From an uncultured Thermoplasmata archaeon (GTDB taxonomy: Archaea; Thermoplasmatota; Thermoplasmata; Lutacidiplasmatales; UBA184), in the NCBI GenBank assembly GCA_963730815.1, contig CAVSTD010000011.1, positions 41,168-105,167 on the forward strand: DNA of 64,000 bases, in the 5' to 3' direction. Position 1 is the first letter of the stretch. Each line of letters starts with the position of its first letter. The position numbers and the translations under genes were made by a program. The notes beneath the pieces were generated by a model that worked only from the letters and a program-made list of their open reading frames with translations, did not search any database and was not told the DNA's origin. This document shows positions 47,338 through 56,704 of the stretch, in pieces.

Positions 47338-48287
47338 GGTTCGGCGTTCGCCGCCCGGACCGCTCCCAGCGCGGCCCGCACCGCCAGGTCCCCCGCGAGG
47401 GCTCCCAGTCGGTCGGCCGTGGCTCCTGGACGATCCTCGCGAGGGGCCGCTCCCGCCGACCCGGTCGAGGCGCCGAAGAGGACGTCCCCGTCCGTCGCGC
47501 TGTGAAAGGGGGTGATCGCGGAAGCGAGTCCGACGTGAGCCATCGCGACGACCCGAGCAAGCGTGGGTCGGTCGACGTCGAGGTCGGTGGCGACCAAACC
47601 GAGCGTGGTGCCCGTGGTGGAGGCCGGAGAAGTGTTGGGCCGAGGGGGCGCGACCCGGCCACGCGTATCGCGAGCGCCGGCGACCCAGCGTCCGGTGCTC
47701 GGGTCACGGATCGCCCCGACGGCATTGACCGCGAGCAGAACTCCGAGGGTGCCGCGCGGCCCAACCCGAACGGCCGCCGCCCCGATGCCGCCGTGCATCG
47801 CGCGGTCCCGCCCCAGGTACTTTCCCACGGTGGCTCCTGCCCCCGCCCCAACGCGCCCCACGGGCACTTCGTCCCGAGTGGCACGTGCAGCCGCCTCGTA
47901 TCCGAGCGGAAGATAATCCGGGATCGGGCCGGCCTCCCTCGGCAGGTCGAACAGGGCGGCCCCCGAGACGGGGGCGACCAGGTTGGGGTTACGGAAGGCA
48001 CGGTGGCCCCCGCCTCGTTCGAGGACTCGGAGCCGCACTCCCCGAGCGGCGTCCAGTCCGAAGAGGCTGCCGCCGGCGAAAAAGAGTGCCCAGCGCCGCC
48101 CAAAGGTGGCATCGAGCGAAAGCGAGGCCGTATCGTAGGTGGCCGAGGCTCCGCCACGGACTTCGACGACGGTCGGGGCGGCCGCCTCGAAAAGTACCGC
48201 CGTGACGCCGCTCGCCGCGTCGGAAGTTTCGGCGTGGCCGACCGCGAGTCCCTTCACCCGGCTGAAGTCGATCGTGGATTCCCCCAC
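47334..48287 (-). CDS. Peptidase family S58 (DmpA/L-aminopeptidase-like, Ntn-hydrolase)
   Basis: 'VKGLAVGHAETSDAASGVTAVLFE' and 'GTTLGLVATDLDVDR' DmpA-family signatures. Confidence 0.7.
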   Translation of the reverse strand: MGESTIDFSRVKGLAVGHAETSDAASGVTAVLFEAAAPTVVEVRGGASATYDTASLSLDATFGRRWALFFAGGSLFGLDAARGVRLRVLERGGGHRAFRNPNLVAPVSGAALFDLPREAGPIPDYLPLGYEAAARATRDEVPVGRVGAGAGATVGKYLGRDRAMHGGIGAAAVRVGPRGTLGVLLAVNAVGAIRDPSTGRWVAGARDTRGRVAPPRPNTSPASTTGTTLGLVATDLDVDRPTLARVVAMAHVGLASAITPFHSATDGDVLFGASTGSAGAAPREDRPGATADRLGALAGDLAVRAALGAVRAANAEP

Positions 48288-48359
48288 GAGACCGCGAGGT
48301 ATCCCGAAGGAAAAGCCATTCCGCCATTGCTGCGCGATGGATTCTTGTAGCGAGCGAGG

Positions 48360-48956
48360 GTGCCCCCGGACGTCATGGCCTCGTCCCGTCGAAAGTCGCG
48401 CAGTGAAACGCTACCCCCCAAGGGTTTCCGGATCTCCCGGGACCTACCGGCCGGTCGCCATCCCCTGCTCGCTGCCTTTCCCGGATTGGAGCAGCTTCCG
48501 GCAGCGCTTCGACTACAACCCGACGCGGTCGCCCGGGCAAAGTTGTTCGATGAAACCTGCGTTCAGGTGGTCGACCAGGACCTCTGGATGTACGTGGCTC
48601 CGTGGGACATGCCTCCGGGCGCTCGGCGGGAATGGCGTCCGGTGCTCTCGCCCGGCTCCGATTGCATCGTGGTCGGCAGGGCGCACCTCGCGGAGAGCCC
48701 GCCCATCGTGCTGTACATGGACATCTTCCACGAGCTCTGCCACGTCATCCAGCGTCACGGCGGAGCGAACCTCTGGGCTCCCGGGGTGAGCTACGTGAAG
48801 CGGTGGACGGAGGTCGAGGCGTACCGCTTCGTCGTCGAAGAAGGTCGTATGCTCGGCGTCTCCGACGAGTTCCTCCGAGATTACTTGCGCGTCGAGTGGA
48901 TTTCCGAGGACGAGCACCGGGAACTGCTCGAGCGCCTCGAAGTCCCGCCGGTATAG
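48360..48956 (+). CDS. HExxH zincin-like protein of unknown function (possibly SprT/Wss1-like)
   Basis: 'IVLYMDIFHELCHVIQRHGG' HExxH motif with a downstream Glu-rich 'WTEVEAYRFVVEEG'; no signal peptide; family assignment is inference. Confidence 0.45.
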   Translation: MPPDVMASSRRKSRSETLPPKGFRISRDLPAGRHPLLAAFPGLEQLPAALRLQPDAVARAKLFDETCVQVVDQDLWMYVAPWDMPPGARREWRPVLSPGSDCIVVGRAHLAESPPIVLYMDIFHELCHVIQRHGGANLWAPGVSYVKRWTEVEAYRFVVEEGRMLGVSDEFLRDYLRVEWISEDEHRELLERLEVPPV

Positions 48957-49081
48957 CTTCCGCAGGACCTCGGCCGTTCGCCGGAGTCGCGGATTCCGCC
49001 CGCGTCGATGCGTGACGAACCGATTCTTTATCCCCCCAAACCCCGAATCGAACTGCTTACCGGGGGGCACGCCGCACGTCG

Positions 49082-50473
49082 ATGGACATCAAGGCCCGCC
49101 CCATCCTCCGCCCGTCCACGAGTGACCTTTGGTTCCTTTCCTACCTTCCGCTCGCGGTGTCGGACGGGATCGCGACGCCGCTCATCCCGCTCCTGGCTCT
49201 GCAACACTTCGGCGCGAGCGCGTTCGTCGTCACGATCATCATCGCCGCGAGCGCGATGAGCCAGGTCCCGTTCACGATCCTCTGGGGTAACCTCTCGGAC
49301 CGGGTCGCGCACCGGAAGTACTTCCTGGTCGGGTCGTTCCTCGCGACCGGTATCAGCATCATCTTCATCGCGCTCGCGAGCAACCTGCTCACTTTCTTTT
49401 GGCTCAACGTCGTCGAAGGGCTGGCCTCGGCCGCGAGCGCCCCGATCGGCACCATGCTTCTGCTCGAGACCCGCCACAAGCGTTGGTGGCCGACCGACAT
49501 CGGGTTGTTCGGACTCATCTCGGGCATCGGCACCACCGCGGGGCTCGCGCTCGGTTTCGTCTGGCTGTTCGTAATCGGCTATTCGCAACCCGCAATCTCG
49601 GTGATGACGGCCCTTCTCCTGGTGTCGGGGGCCCTCGCGCTCGTATCCGCGGTCATCGCGTTCGCGTGGATCGAAGAGCCGACGACCCGCGTCGAACGAA
49701 AATCGGTCGCGACGCTCATCAACCTCAACCGCGGAGTCGTCGAACGGATTCGTCGAGTGCGGGCCCGGGTCGTCGGCCTCGTGGACCTCACTCGTTCCAA
49801 GCCCGAGCGCCTTCCGGGGCGGGAACTGCTTTTCCTCGCCGCCCTCGGGGTGATGAGCGTGGGTTTCGACATCTTCTACGGACCGTTCCCGGTCTTCCTC
49901 TGGCAGAACGCCCAGCTGAACGACGCCGGCGTCTTCATCGTCTACCTCGGAGCGTCCGCGGCGTCCACCGCCCTGTTCTTCCACTCGGGGAAAGCGGTCG
50001 AATCCCATTCTCCGAAGACGGTCTTCCTCCAGTCCCTCGGCGGCCGGGTTCTCCTGATGCTCCTGTTCCTGTGGGGCCCGATCTACATTCTCTTCGGCCT
50101 CGGCTCGCCGGCGCTGTTGGCCTGGCTCACACTCCTCAACGCCCTCCTCGGCGTCACGTGGGCGTTCGTGAGCACGGCGAGCACCCTCTTCCTCGTCCGG
50201 TTGGTCGGCCGGTCGGCCCGCGGTCGGGCGCTCGGGCTCTACAATGCGATCGCCGGAGCGGGAGGGCTCATCGGGACCCTGCTCGGAGGCTGGCTCTACG
50301 CCTCCTACGGGGTGCACTTCGCCTACTCGATCGCCGCGGTGACGGTGGCCGCGGGCGGCGTCCTGCTGCTTCCGATCCCGTACCACATGTTCCAGCTCCC
50401 ACATTCGGCGGCCGCCCATCACCGTCATCTCGTGAGCAGCGCCCGGGCGGTGACCCGCCCTCCCCGACGTTAG
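49082..50473 (+). CDS. MFS transporter
   Basis: 12 predicted TM helices; 'GNLSDRVAHRKYFLVGSFLATGISII' MFS motif A region. Confidence 0.75.
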   Translation: MDIKARPILRPSTSDLWFLSYLPLAVSDGIATPLIPLLALQHFGASAFVVTIIIAASAMSQVPFTILWGNLSDRVAHRKYFLVGSFLATGISIIFIALASNLLTFFWLNVVEGLASAASAPIGTMLLLETRHKRWWPTDIGLFGLISGIGTTAGLALGFVWLFVIGYSQPAISVMTALLLVSGALALVSAVIAFAWIEEPTTRVERKSVATLINLNRGVVERIRRVRARVVGLVDLTRSKPERLPGRELLFLAALGVMSVGFDIFYGPFPVFLWQNAQLNDAGVFIVYLGASAASTALFFHSGKAVESHSPKTVFLQSLGGRVLLMLLFLWGPIYILFGLGSPALLAWLTLLNALLGVTWAFVSTASTLFLVRLVGRSARGRALGLYNAIAGAGGLIGTLLGGWLYASYGVHFAYSIAAVTVAAGGVLLLPIPYHMFQLPHSAAAHHRHLVSSARAVTRPPRR

Positions 50474-50495
50474 AGCGCGGCCCGTCGAGGATTTG

Positions 50496-50972
50496 CTACC
50501 CGAACATTTCCCAGGTCAGGGTCCGTACAACGTACCCCAGGGCCAGATGGGCCAGGAACACCTCGAGCGCCGGAGGGTATTCGTCGATCACGCAGGACCG
50601 GAATCCCAACCGTCCGACCCCGACGTGCTCGGTGCCCCGGAGGACGGCAAAGCGTCCCGTGAGACGTTCGTTGATCGTGTACTCTACGCCGCCGTAGAGG
50701 ACCGTCAATGGCCCGAACACCGTCGAACGCGTCTTCCAGAGGTCCTCTCCGACCTGGATCCGGATCTCGTCCGCCTTCGCGCGGTACGTGACGAGCGACT
50801 TCCCGTCGGTGTGCGGCCCGGGCCGCTCGAGGAAGTACTCTGTCGAGAAGAGTGCGGCGATTTTCTGGCCGAGCCCGGGGTTACCGGATTCGACCGGCCG
50901 ACCCGTCCAGACCTCGGGGCCGACCTCGACCTCGATGATGTTCTTCAGCACACGAGCCGTCGCTCGAATCAT
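50496..50972 (-). CDS. Hypothetical protein (158 aa, globular, no recognizable motif)
   Basis: ORF with non-biased composition ('TEYFLERPGPHTDGKSLVTYRAKADEIRIQVGEDLWKTRSTVFGPLTVLYGGVEY'); divergent from truD across a short promoter region. Confidence 0.4.
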   Translation of the reverse strand: MIRATARVLKNIIEVEVGPEVWTGRPVESGNPGLGQKIAALFSTEYFLERPGPHTDGKSLVTYRAKADEIRIQVGEDLWKTRSTVFGPLTVLYGGVEYTINERLTGRFAVLRGTEHVGVGRLGFRSCVIDEYPPALEVFLAHLALGYVVRTLTWEMFG

Positions 50973-51079
50973 CGACCGCTTCCCGCAGTATCCGGCCGTG
51001 ACGTAATAATGGCGGCGTCGGTCGGTGCACGGTGGTGGAGCTCGTTCCCCGACCCCCGTTGCAGGACCGGTCCTTCGGG

Positions 51080-52333
51080 ATGGAGTTCTATGCGACCGGC
51101 ACCCGGGGCGTCGGCGGGCGCACGAAGGTGTCGCCGGACGACTTCCGGGTGAACGAGATCTCGAACTACCCCGTCCCGGACCCCGCAGGGACGTTCGCCA
51201 TACTCCGTGTTCGTAGCCGCGACTGGGAGCAGCACGAGTTGGGACAAGCGATCGCGCGCCGCTTGGGACTTCCGTCCGCCTCCGTTCGTTGGGCCGGAAC
51301 GAAGGACCGGCGAGCGGTGGCGGAACGCCTGCTCTCCTACCGCGGTCCGCTCCCCTCGGGGGACCTTGGGTTACCTCGAGTCGAGGTGCTCGAAGCCTAC
51401 CGAGCCCGGGACGGTCTCATGCTCGGGCACCATTTCGGCAACGCCTTCGAGATTCGGCTGAACGAGCTGACCCTTCCGCTGCCGGAAGCCCTGGAGGCGT
51501 TCCGGACGACCGAGCGCGAGTTGCGGGCGGCCGGGCTCTGGCCGAATTTCTTCGGACCCCAACGTTTCGGAGAAGTGAGACCCGTTACCCACGAAGTCGG
51601 TCGCCAGGTGGTGCGGGGGGACTTGGCCTCCGCGATAGAGACCTATCTCACGGCTCGTCCCGTCGGTGTCCCCGACGGGGTCGGAGACTCCGCTCGCAGG
51701 ACGTACGCCGAGACCCACGATGCCGTGCGGGCCCTTCGCGAATTCCCGAACGAGTACCGATTCGAGCGCTCCCTGCTGGATCGCCTCGCGCACGGGGATC
51801 CGGACGACCGGGTGTTCCGCGCCCTGGCCCGGGAACTTCGCCTCCTCTTCGTCCATGCGTTCCAAGCCCTCCTCTTCAACCGTTGGCTGAGCCGCCGACA
51901 CGCCGCGAACCTTCCCCTCGACCGGCCGATTCCGGGGGACCGCCTCCTCCGACTGGGCCGCGACGGGACGGTTCGAAGCCAGGAGGGAATCCCCGTCGCC
52001 GAGGACAACCTCTCCGAATGCGCGGAACTCGTTCATCGAGGGGGAGCGTTGCTCGCGGGACCTCTGGTCGGGTACGAGACCCCGACGATCGAAGGTCCGC
52101 TCGGAGAGATCCTCGAAGACCTACTTCGCGAAGAACGCATCGACCGGACGATGTTCCGTCTCCCCCGGACACCGGAAATCGCGAGTCGGGGTGCGTGGCG
52201 GCCGGCGATGCTCCCGGTGCCTCCGCTGGGCCTGGCCCTGGAGGGAACGGGAATCCGATTCCGCTTCGCGCTCCCGAAGGGGGCGTACGCGACCGTACTG
52301 CTGAGAGAGTTCCTCAAGACCGGCGCCGAATAG
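51080..52333 (+). CDS. truD: tRNA pseudouridine(13) synthase TruD
   Basis: 'MEFYATGTRGVGGRTKVSPDDFRVNEI' and 'SVRWAGTKDRRAV' (catalytic GxKD); an alternative upstream start at 51032 is possible. Confidence 0.8.
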   Translation: MEFYATGTRGVGGRTKVSPDDFRVNEISNYPVPDPAGTFAILRVRSRDWEQHELGQAIARRLGLPSASVRWAGTKDRRAVAERLLSYRGPLPSGDLGLPRVEVLEAYRARDGLMLGHHFGNAFEIRLNELTLPLPEALEAFRTTERELRAAGLWPNFFGPQRFGEVRPVTHEVGRQVVRGDLASAIETYLTARPVGVPDGVGDSARRTYAETHDAVRALREFPNEYRFERSLLDRLAHGDPDDRVFRALARELRLLFVHAFQALLFNRWLSRRHAANLPLDRPIPGDRLLRLGRDGTVRSQEGIPVAEDNLSECAELVHRGGALLAGPLVGYETPTIEGPLGEILEDLLREERIDRTMFRLPRTPEIASRGAWRPAMLPVPPLGLALEGTGIRFRFALPKGAYATVLLREFLKTGAE

Positions 52334-52405
52334 CCGTCGGCCGAGCGGGTCCACGCGAGGCTACTAATACTCGGCCCTCGGCTTCGAGCGCCGACACCGT
52401 TTTCC

Positions 52406-53326
52406 ATGCCTACCGAGACTCCTCGCCCGTTCCTCGTCCCGCTGCGCACTCCCGGGCCCACCGCCGTCGCCGAGTTCCCGGAGGGCATGAGCCGCGTTCC
52501 CACCGGAGTGCCGGACTTCGATTACCTTACGGGCGGGCTACCAGCGGGATCGGTCGTGTTGCTGTTCGGCGAGGCCGGGGCGGGTCACCAGGAGTTCGCC
52601 CTGACCTCCGCCGTGCATCTGATGTTGCATTACGACGACCCTCGCCTGCACCGTTTCTATCTCGGGAACGCGAAGGGACCGTTCGTCTATCCCCAAGGAA
52701 TCGTCTACGTCAGCACGAGCCGCTCGCGCGACCAAGTGCTCGCCGAGCTACATGCGTCCTTCGAGGAGACGTACTCCGAAGTGCTCGCACGCCACCTCAA
52801 TTTCCACGACCTCTCCCCCTCGTACTTCCAGGACACGGTGGTGCCGTCGTCGTGGGCCTCTCTTTCGAGCCCGCTCCTTTCGGGAGCTCCGGTGAGCGCC
52901 GCCCCGGACGACGGGGGTCCCCTGCGCGCCCTTGCGGATGCGGTCGACCAGGACGGACGCAAGAATCTCGTCATCGTGGACTCGCTCACCGACCTGCTCG
53001 TCCGTCGCGGCATCGAGCCGGCGGACATCGTGACCCTCTTGAAAGGCCTGCGACGGCGGGCGAAGGAATGGGACGGTGTCGTGTACCTCCTCCTCTCGAA
53101 GGGAGTCGCCCCGGCGGCCGTCGAACAGGCCGTGATCGACTCGGTGGACGGGGTCCTCCACTTCAGCTGGGTGTCGAGCCCGAATCAGGCGCACCGTCAG
53201 CGGGCGATGTTGATCGACAAGTTCATGCCGATCCTGTCCCGCCTTCCCGTGGAATACCACGGTCGGTTCATGATCCGGGTGAACGCGGCGAGCGGATTGG
53301 TGACGACGCAATATGAGCGCGTCTGA
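52406..53326 (+). CDS. KaiC-like (RecA-superfamily) ATPase paralog with degenerate Walker A
   Basis: 'VPTGVPDFDYLTGGLPAGSVVLLFGEAGAGHQEF' (GxxGxGHQ in place of GKT/S); 'LVIVDSLTDLL' Walker B-like. Confidence 0.6.
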   Translation: MPTETPRPFLVPLRTPGPTAVAEFPEGMSRVPTGVPDFDYLTGGLPAGSVVLLFGEAGAGHQEFALTSAVHLMLHYDDPRLHRFYLGNAKGPFVYPQGIVYVSTSRSRDQVLAELHASFEETYSEVLARHLNFHDLSPSYFQDTVVPSSWASLSSPLLSGAPVSAAPDDGGPLRALADAVDQDGRKNLVIVDSLTDLLVRRGIEPADIVTLLKGLRRRAKEWDGVVYLLLSKGVAPAAVEQAVIDSVDGVLHFSWVSSPNQAHRQRAMLIDKFMPILSRLPVEYHGRFMIRVNAASGLVTTQYERV

Positions 53327-54037
53327 GAAGAATCGGCCCCGGGTCCCCACAGGGATCACGGGGCTCGACGACATGCTGGGAGGAGGTTTCCCGGCGGACA
53401 CGTCGTCCTGGTCACCGGACTCCCGGGGACCGGGAAGACGTGCTTCGGTCTCCAGTTCCTGCTCGCCGGATCGGCCGCGGGCGAGAAGGGCGTCTTCCTC
53501 TCGCTCGAGGAGGACGTACCCCCGCTCCTCGAGAGCGCCCGACAGTTCCATTGGCCGGTCGATGCGGCGGTGAGCGCGGGAACGCTGAAGATCCTGAGGA
53601 TCGACCCGAAGGAGACGCGGCAGAGCCTGCATCGCATCCAGGGCGAGCTCGGGAAGGAGCTCACAACCCTCGGGGCACGACGCATCGTGGTCGATTCCGT
53701 TTCGCTCCTCAACATGTTGAGCGATGACGAATCCGGACGGCGCGCCACGCTCTTTGCGCTCGCGGCGGCCTGCCGGGAATCGGGAGCCACGACGGTCCTC
53801 ACGGCCGAAGCGGACCCGCTCCACCCCGAAGTGAGCCGGGACGGGCTCAGCGAGTACGTCGCGGACGGCGTCCTCCTGTTGGGATACCGCACAGGTCCGG
53901 ACGGGCACCGGGTGGGGCTGTCGCTGCGCGTGTTGAAGATGCGAAGGACCGCCCACGTCCGGACGGTGCAACCCTACGCGATCGGCCCGAACGGTCTCAC
54001 GGTCGACGCCAAAGCGGTCGACTTCGGTGGTCCGTAG
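53313..54037 (+). pseudogene. KaiC-like/RadA-paralog ATPase, one frameshift at a C-run (~53388-53397), probable sequencing error
   Basis: 'RVPTGITGLDDMLGGGFP' then, in the -1 frame, 'GHVVLVTGLPGTGKTCFGLQFLLAGSAAGEKGVFLSLEE...' (canonical Walker A) and 'RIVVDSVSLL' Walker B; overlaps the preceding KaiC-like gene by 14 nt. Confidence 0.7.
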
Positions 54038-54112
54038 ACCTCCTCCGGCGGGAGTGCGGGCTCGGCGTGCCTCTTAGTAGGACCGGGCCTTCGTAGCCCC
54101 GGAAATCTCTCC

Positions 54113-55273
54113 ATGGCTCCGGCGGACCCTCCCTCGACGCCCTCGGACCTCGCGACGCTGCCCGGCGTTTCTCCCCACTCCCTCCCCTCACCCCGGTGGG
54201 TGTTGTACGTCGACCTGGATGCCTACTACGTCTCGTGCGAGCTGCGAGACCGTCCCGAACTGCGGGGGCGTCCGGTCATCGTCGGGCCTCCTCCGGCCGA
54301 CGGACCGACCCGTGGGGTCGTTCTCTCGGCGAGCTACGAAGCGAGGCCCTCGGGCGTTCGAAGCGCCATCCCGGCCGGCGTGGCCGCGCGCCTCTGTCCG
54401 GAAGCGGTCTGGATCCCCCCCGACTTCGCGAAGTACGAGCGGGTCGCCCGGGAAGTGCGGGCCGTCCTGCGTCGTCATTCGGACCGGGTGATCCCGTACA
54501 GCATCGACGAGGCGGCGGTGATGGTGGAAGGGACCGACGCCGAACAGGCCCGGAACACGGCGCGGAGGATCCAGCAGGAGCTCCTCAAGGAGCTGGGCCT
54601 CCCCGCTTCGATCGGCATCGGCTCCTCTCGAACGGTAGCGAAAATCGCCACGGACCGAGCGAAGCCCGCGGGAATCCTCCTCGTGCCGCCCGAGGAAACG
54701 GCGGCGTTCCTGGCCCCGCTCCCGGTGCGCGCCATCCCCGGCGTCGGTCCCAAGACCGAAGAGATCCTCCGGGGCCGAGGTATCGCCACGATCGGAGACC
54801 TGGCGGCGCACAAGCCCTCGGACCTCGCCCGTTCTCTCGGCTCGTTCGGCGGGGACCTCATCGCGCTCGCTCGCGGGACGCCGCGCGAGGAACCGGAGGG
54901 CTCGGACGAGCCCCGGTCCCGGTCGACGGACCACACCTTCGCTCGGGACGTCGACCGCTGGGAGGAGATCGAGGAAACGGTCCGCACCCTCGCCGCCGAA
55001 CTCGCCGCGGCCCTCGATACCGAGAACCTCCGTTACGGTACGGTCGGGATCGCGTTTCGGTGGGCCGATTTCTCTCGTTCGCAACGCAGTCGCTCCCTCG
55101 GAGCGGCGCGCGAAGGAGCCCAGCCGCTCTCGGAGACCGCGGTCCGGCTCGCGCGCGAACTTTGGGAGACCGAACGGTCCTCGCGGCATCGACCCGTTCG
55201 CACGGTCTCGGTGCGCACGGAGCGGTTCGTCCCGCGCACGCAGCGCCAGATCGTGCTCGACGAGTTCCGATGA
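54113..55273 (+). CDS. dinB: DNA polymerase IV (Y-family, DinB/Dpo4)
   Basis: 'VLYVDLDAYYVSCELRDRPELRGRPVIVG', 'SYEARPSGVRSAIP', 'SIDEAAVMV', 'IPGVGPKTEEIL' Y-family motifs. Confidence 0.85.
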   Translation: MAPADPPSTPSDLATLPGVSPHSLPSPRWVLYVDLDAYYVSCELRDRPELRGRPVIVGPPPADGPTRGVVLSASYEARPSGVRSAIPAGVAARLCPEAVWIPPDFAKYERVAREVRAVLRRHSDRVIPYSIDEAAVMVEGTDAEQARNTARRIQQELLKELGLPASIGIGSSRTVAKIATDRAKPAGILLVPPEETAAFLAPLPVRAIPGVGPKTEEILRGRGIATIGDLAAHKPSDLARSLGSFGGDLIALARGTPREEPEGSDEPRSRSTDHTFARDVDRWEEIEETVRTLAAELAAALDTENLRYGTVGIAFRWADFSRSQRSRSLGAAREGAQPLSETAVRLARELWETERSSRHRPVRTVSVRTERFVPRTQRQIVLDEFR

Positions 55274-55340
55274 CGTCCGCCCGTTTCGGGCGAGGGTTAA
55301 GTACGGTCGCCCGACTTCGCGCCCCGGCGAGAGGCCGGTC

Positions 55341-56704
55341 GTGACGGGTCCATCCAGCGCTGCACCAATCGCACCCCCTCATTACGAGGGAGAGGAACTG
55401 ATGATCCCCGACCCGCGAATTGGGGTGCCGATCCCGGCCTATCTTGGTCGTTCGCTCGGCAACCTGACCTCTTCCGTGTGGGCGGCCCTTTCTTCGGGTC
55501 GGGAAGGCGACGCTCCGCCTCTCCGGCCTCTCGACCGCGACCTCGACCCGTTCCGGGGAGGACGCCCGAAAGGACCGGTGGTGGTCCTTTTGCTCGATGG
55601 CCTGGGTTGGACAGCGTTCCTGGAATCCGCGGAGCGCACCCCCGGGGGGCGGCTTCGCGTTGGTCGCGGCACGCCCGGCCGATCACGTCGGTGTTCCCGA
55701 CCACGACCACCGTGGCTCTGACGAGTCTTTCGACCGGCGCATCTCCGGGACAGCACGGAGTACTCGGCCACCGACTCTACTTGCCGCAATTTGGCACCGT
55801 GGTCGAGATTCTTCGGATGTCGCCGGTCGGGGTGGCCGCGCCAGAAACACTGGTCGGCCCCCATTGGACCCCTTCGGCCGTCTCCGGGGTCCCGAGCATC
55901 TTTCGGCGGGGAGTGCCGGGGGTCGCGCTCTCGAGAGAAAGATTCGAAGGGACCGGGTTCACCCGCCTCATCTACGATGGCGCCCAGTTCGTGCCCTACT
56001 CCACGGGTAGCGACCTCGCGCTCTCCCTCGTGGAGATGCTCTCTCGCGACGACCCCCCTTCCCTCGTTTTTGCCTACCGGGATGACCTCGACGTGGTCCA
56101 ACACCTCCGGGGTACCCGTCCCGAGCTCGTCGACCTCGAGCTCGAACGAGCGGACTCGATCCTTTCGTTCGTCGGGCGGCATCTGAGACCCGAAGTTGCC
56201 CGGCGCACGCAGGTAATCGTCACCGGCGACCACGGCCAAGTGCCCTTGGCGGCGGACCAGCAACTCGCCGTCGACCGAGAGCCGACGCTACTGTCCCTTT
56301 TGTCTCGGCCCCCGTCGGGGGATTGTCGTGCGACGTATTTCTCCGCCCGCCCCGGAAAACTGGTCGCGCTCCGCGAGAAGCTCAGAGCTCAGCTCCCCCC
56401 GGGGGCCCACCTCCTCGACATCCCGGCGGCGGTCGAGGCGGGGCTCTTCGGACCCCCGCCGTTTCACCCCGAGCTCGCGGACCGTATCGGAGACCTCCTC
56501 CTTCTCCTGCCGAGTCCGGGAGGCGTGAGTTATTCCGTTCCCGGCGCTCGCTCCCGGCCGCATCGGATGATCGCGACCCACGGGGGTCTCGAACCCGCGG
56601 AGCTGCTCGTACCGCTGATCGCCGGGACCCTCTCGGACATCGCTGCTTCCGACTCCCCTCGGATCCATCGTCGGCCCGCGCGTCGAACCGGAAGGAACCA
56701 ATGA
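55341..56704 (+). pseudogene. Alkaline-phosphatase-superfamily enzyme (nucleotide pyrophosphatase/phosphodiesterase-like), frameshift inside a C5G6 run (~55637-55649)
   Basis: 'VVVLLLDGLGWTAFLESAERTPGG' (frame 1) continues in another frame as 'AASRWSRHARPITSVFPTTTTVALTSLSTGASPGQHGV' (nucleophile Thr region) ... 'VIVTGDHGQV'. Confidence 0.7.
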
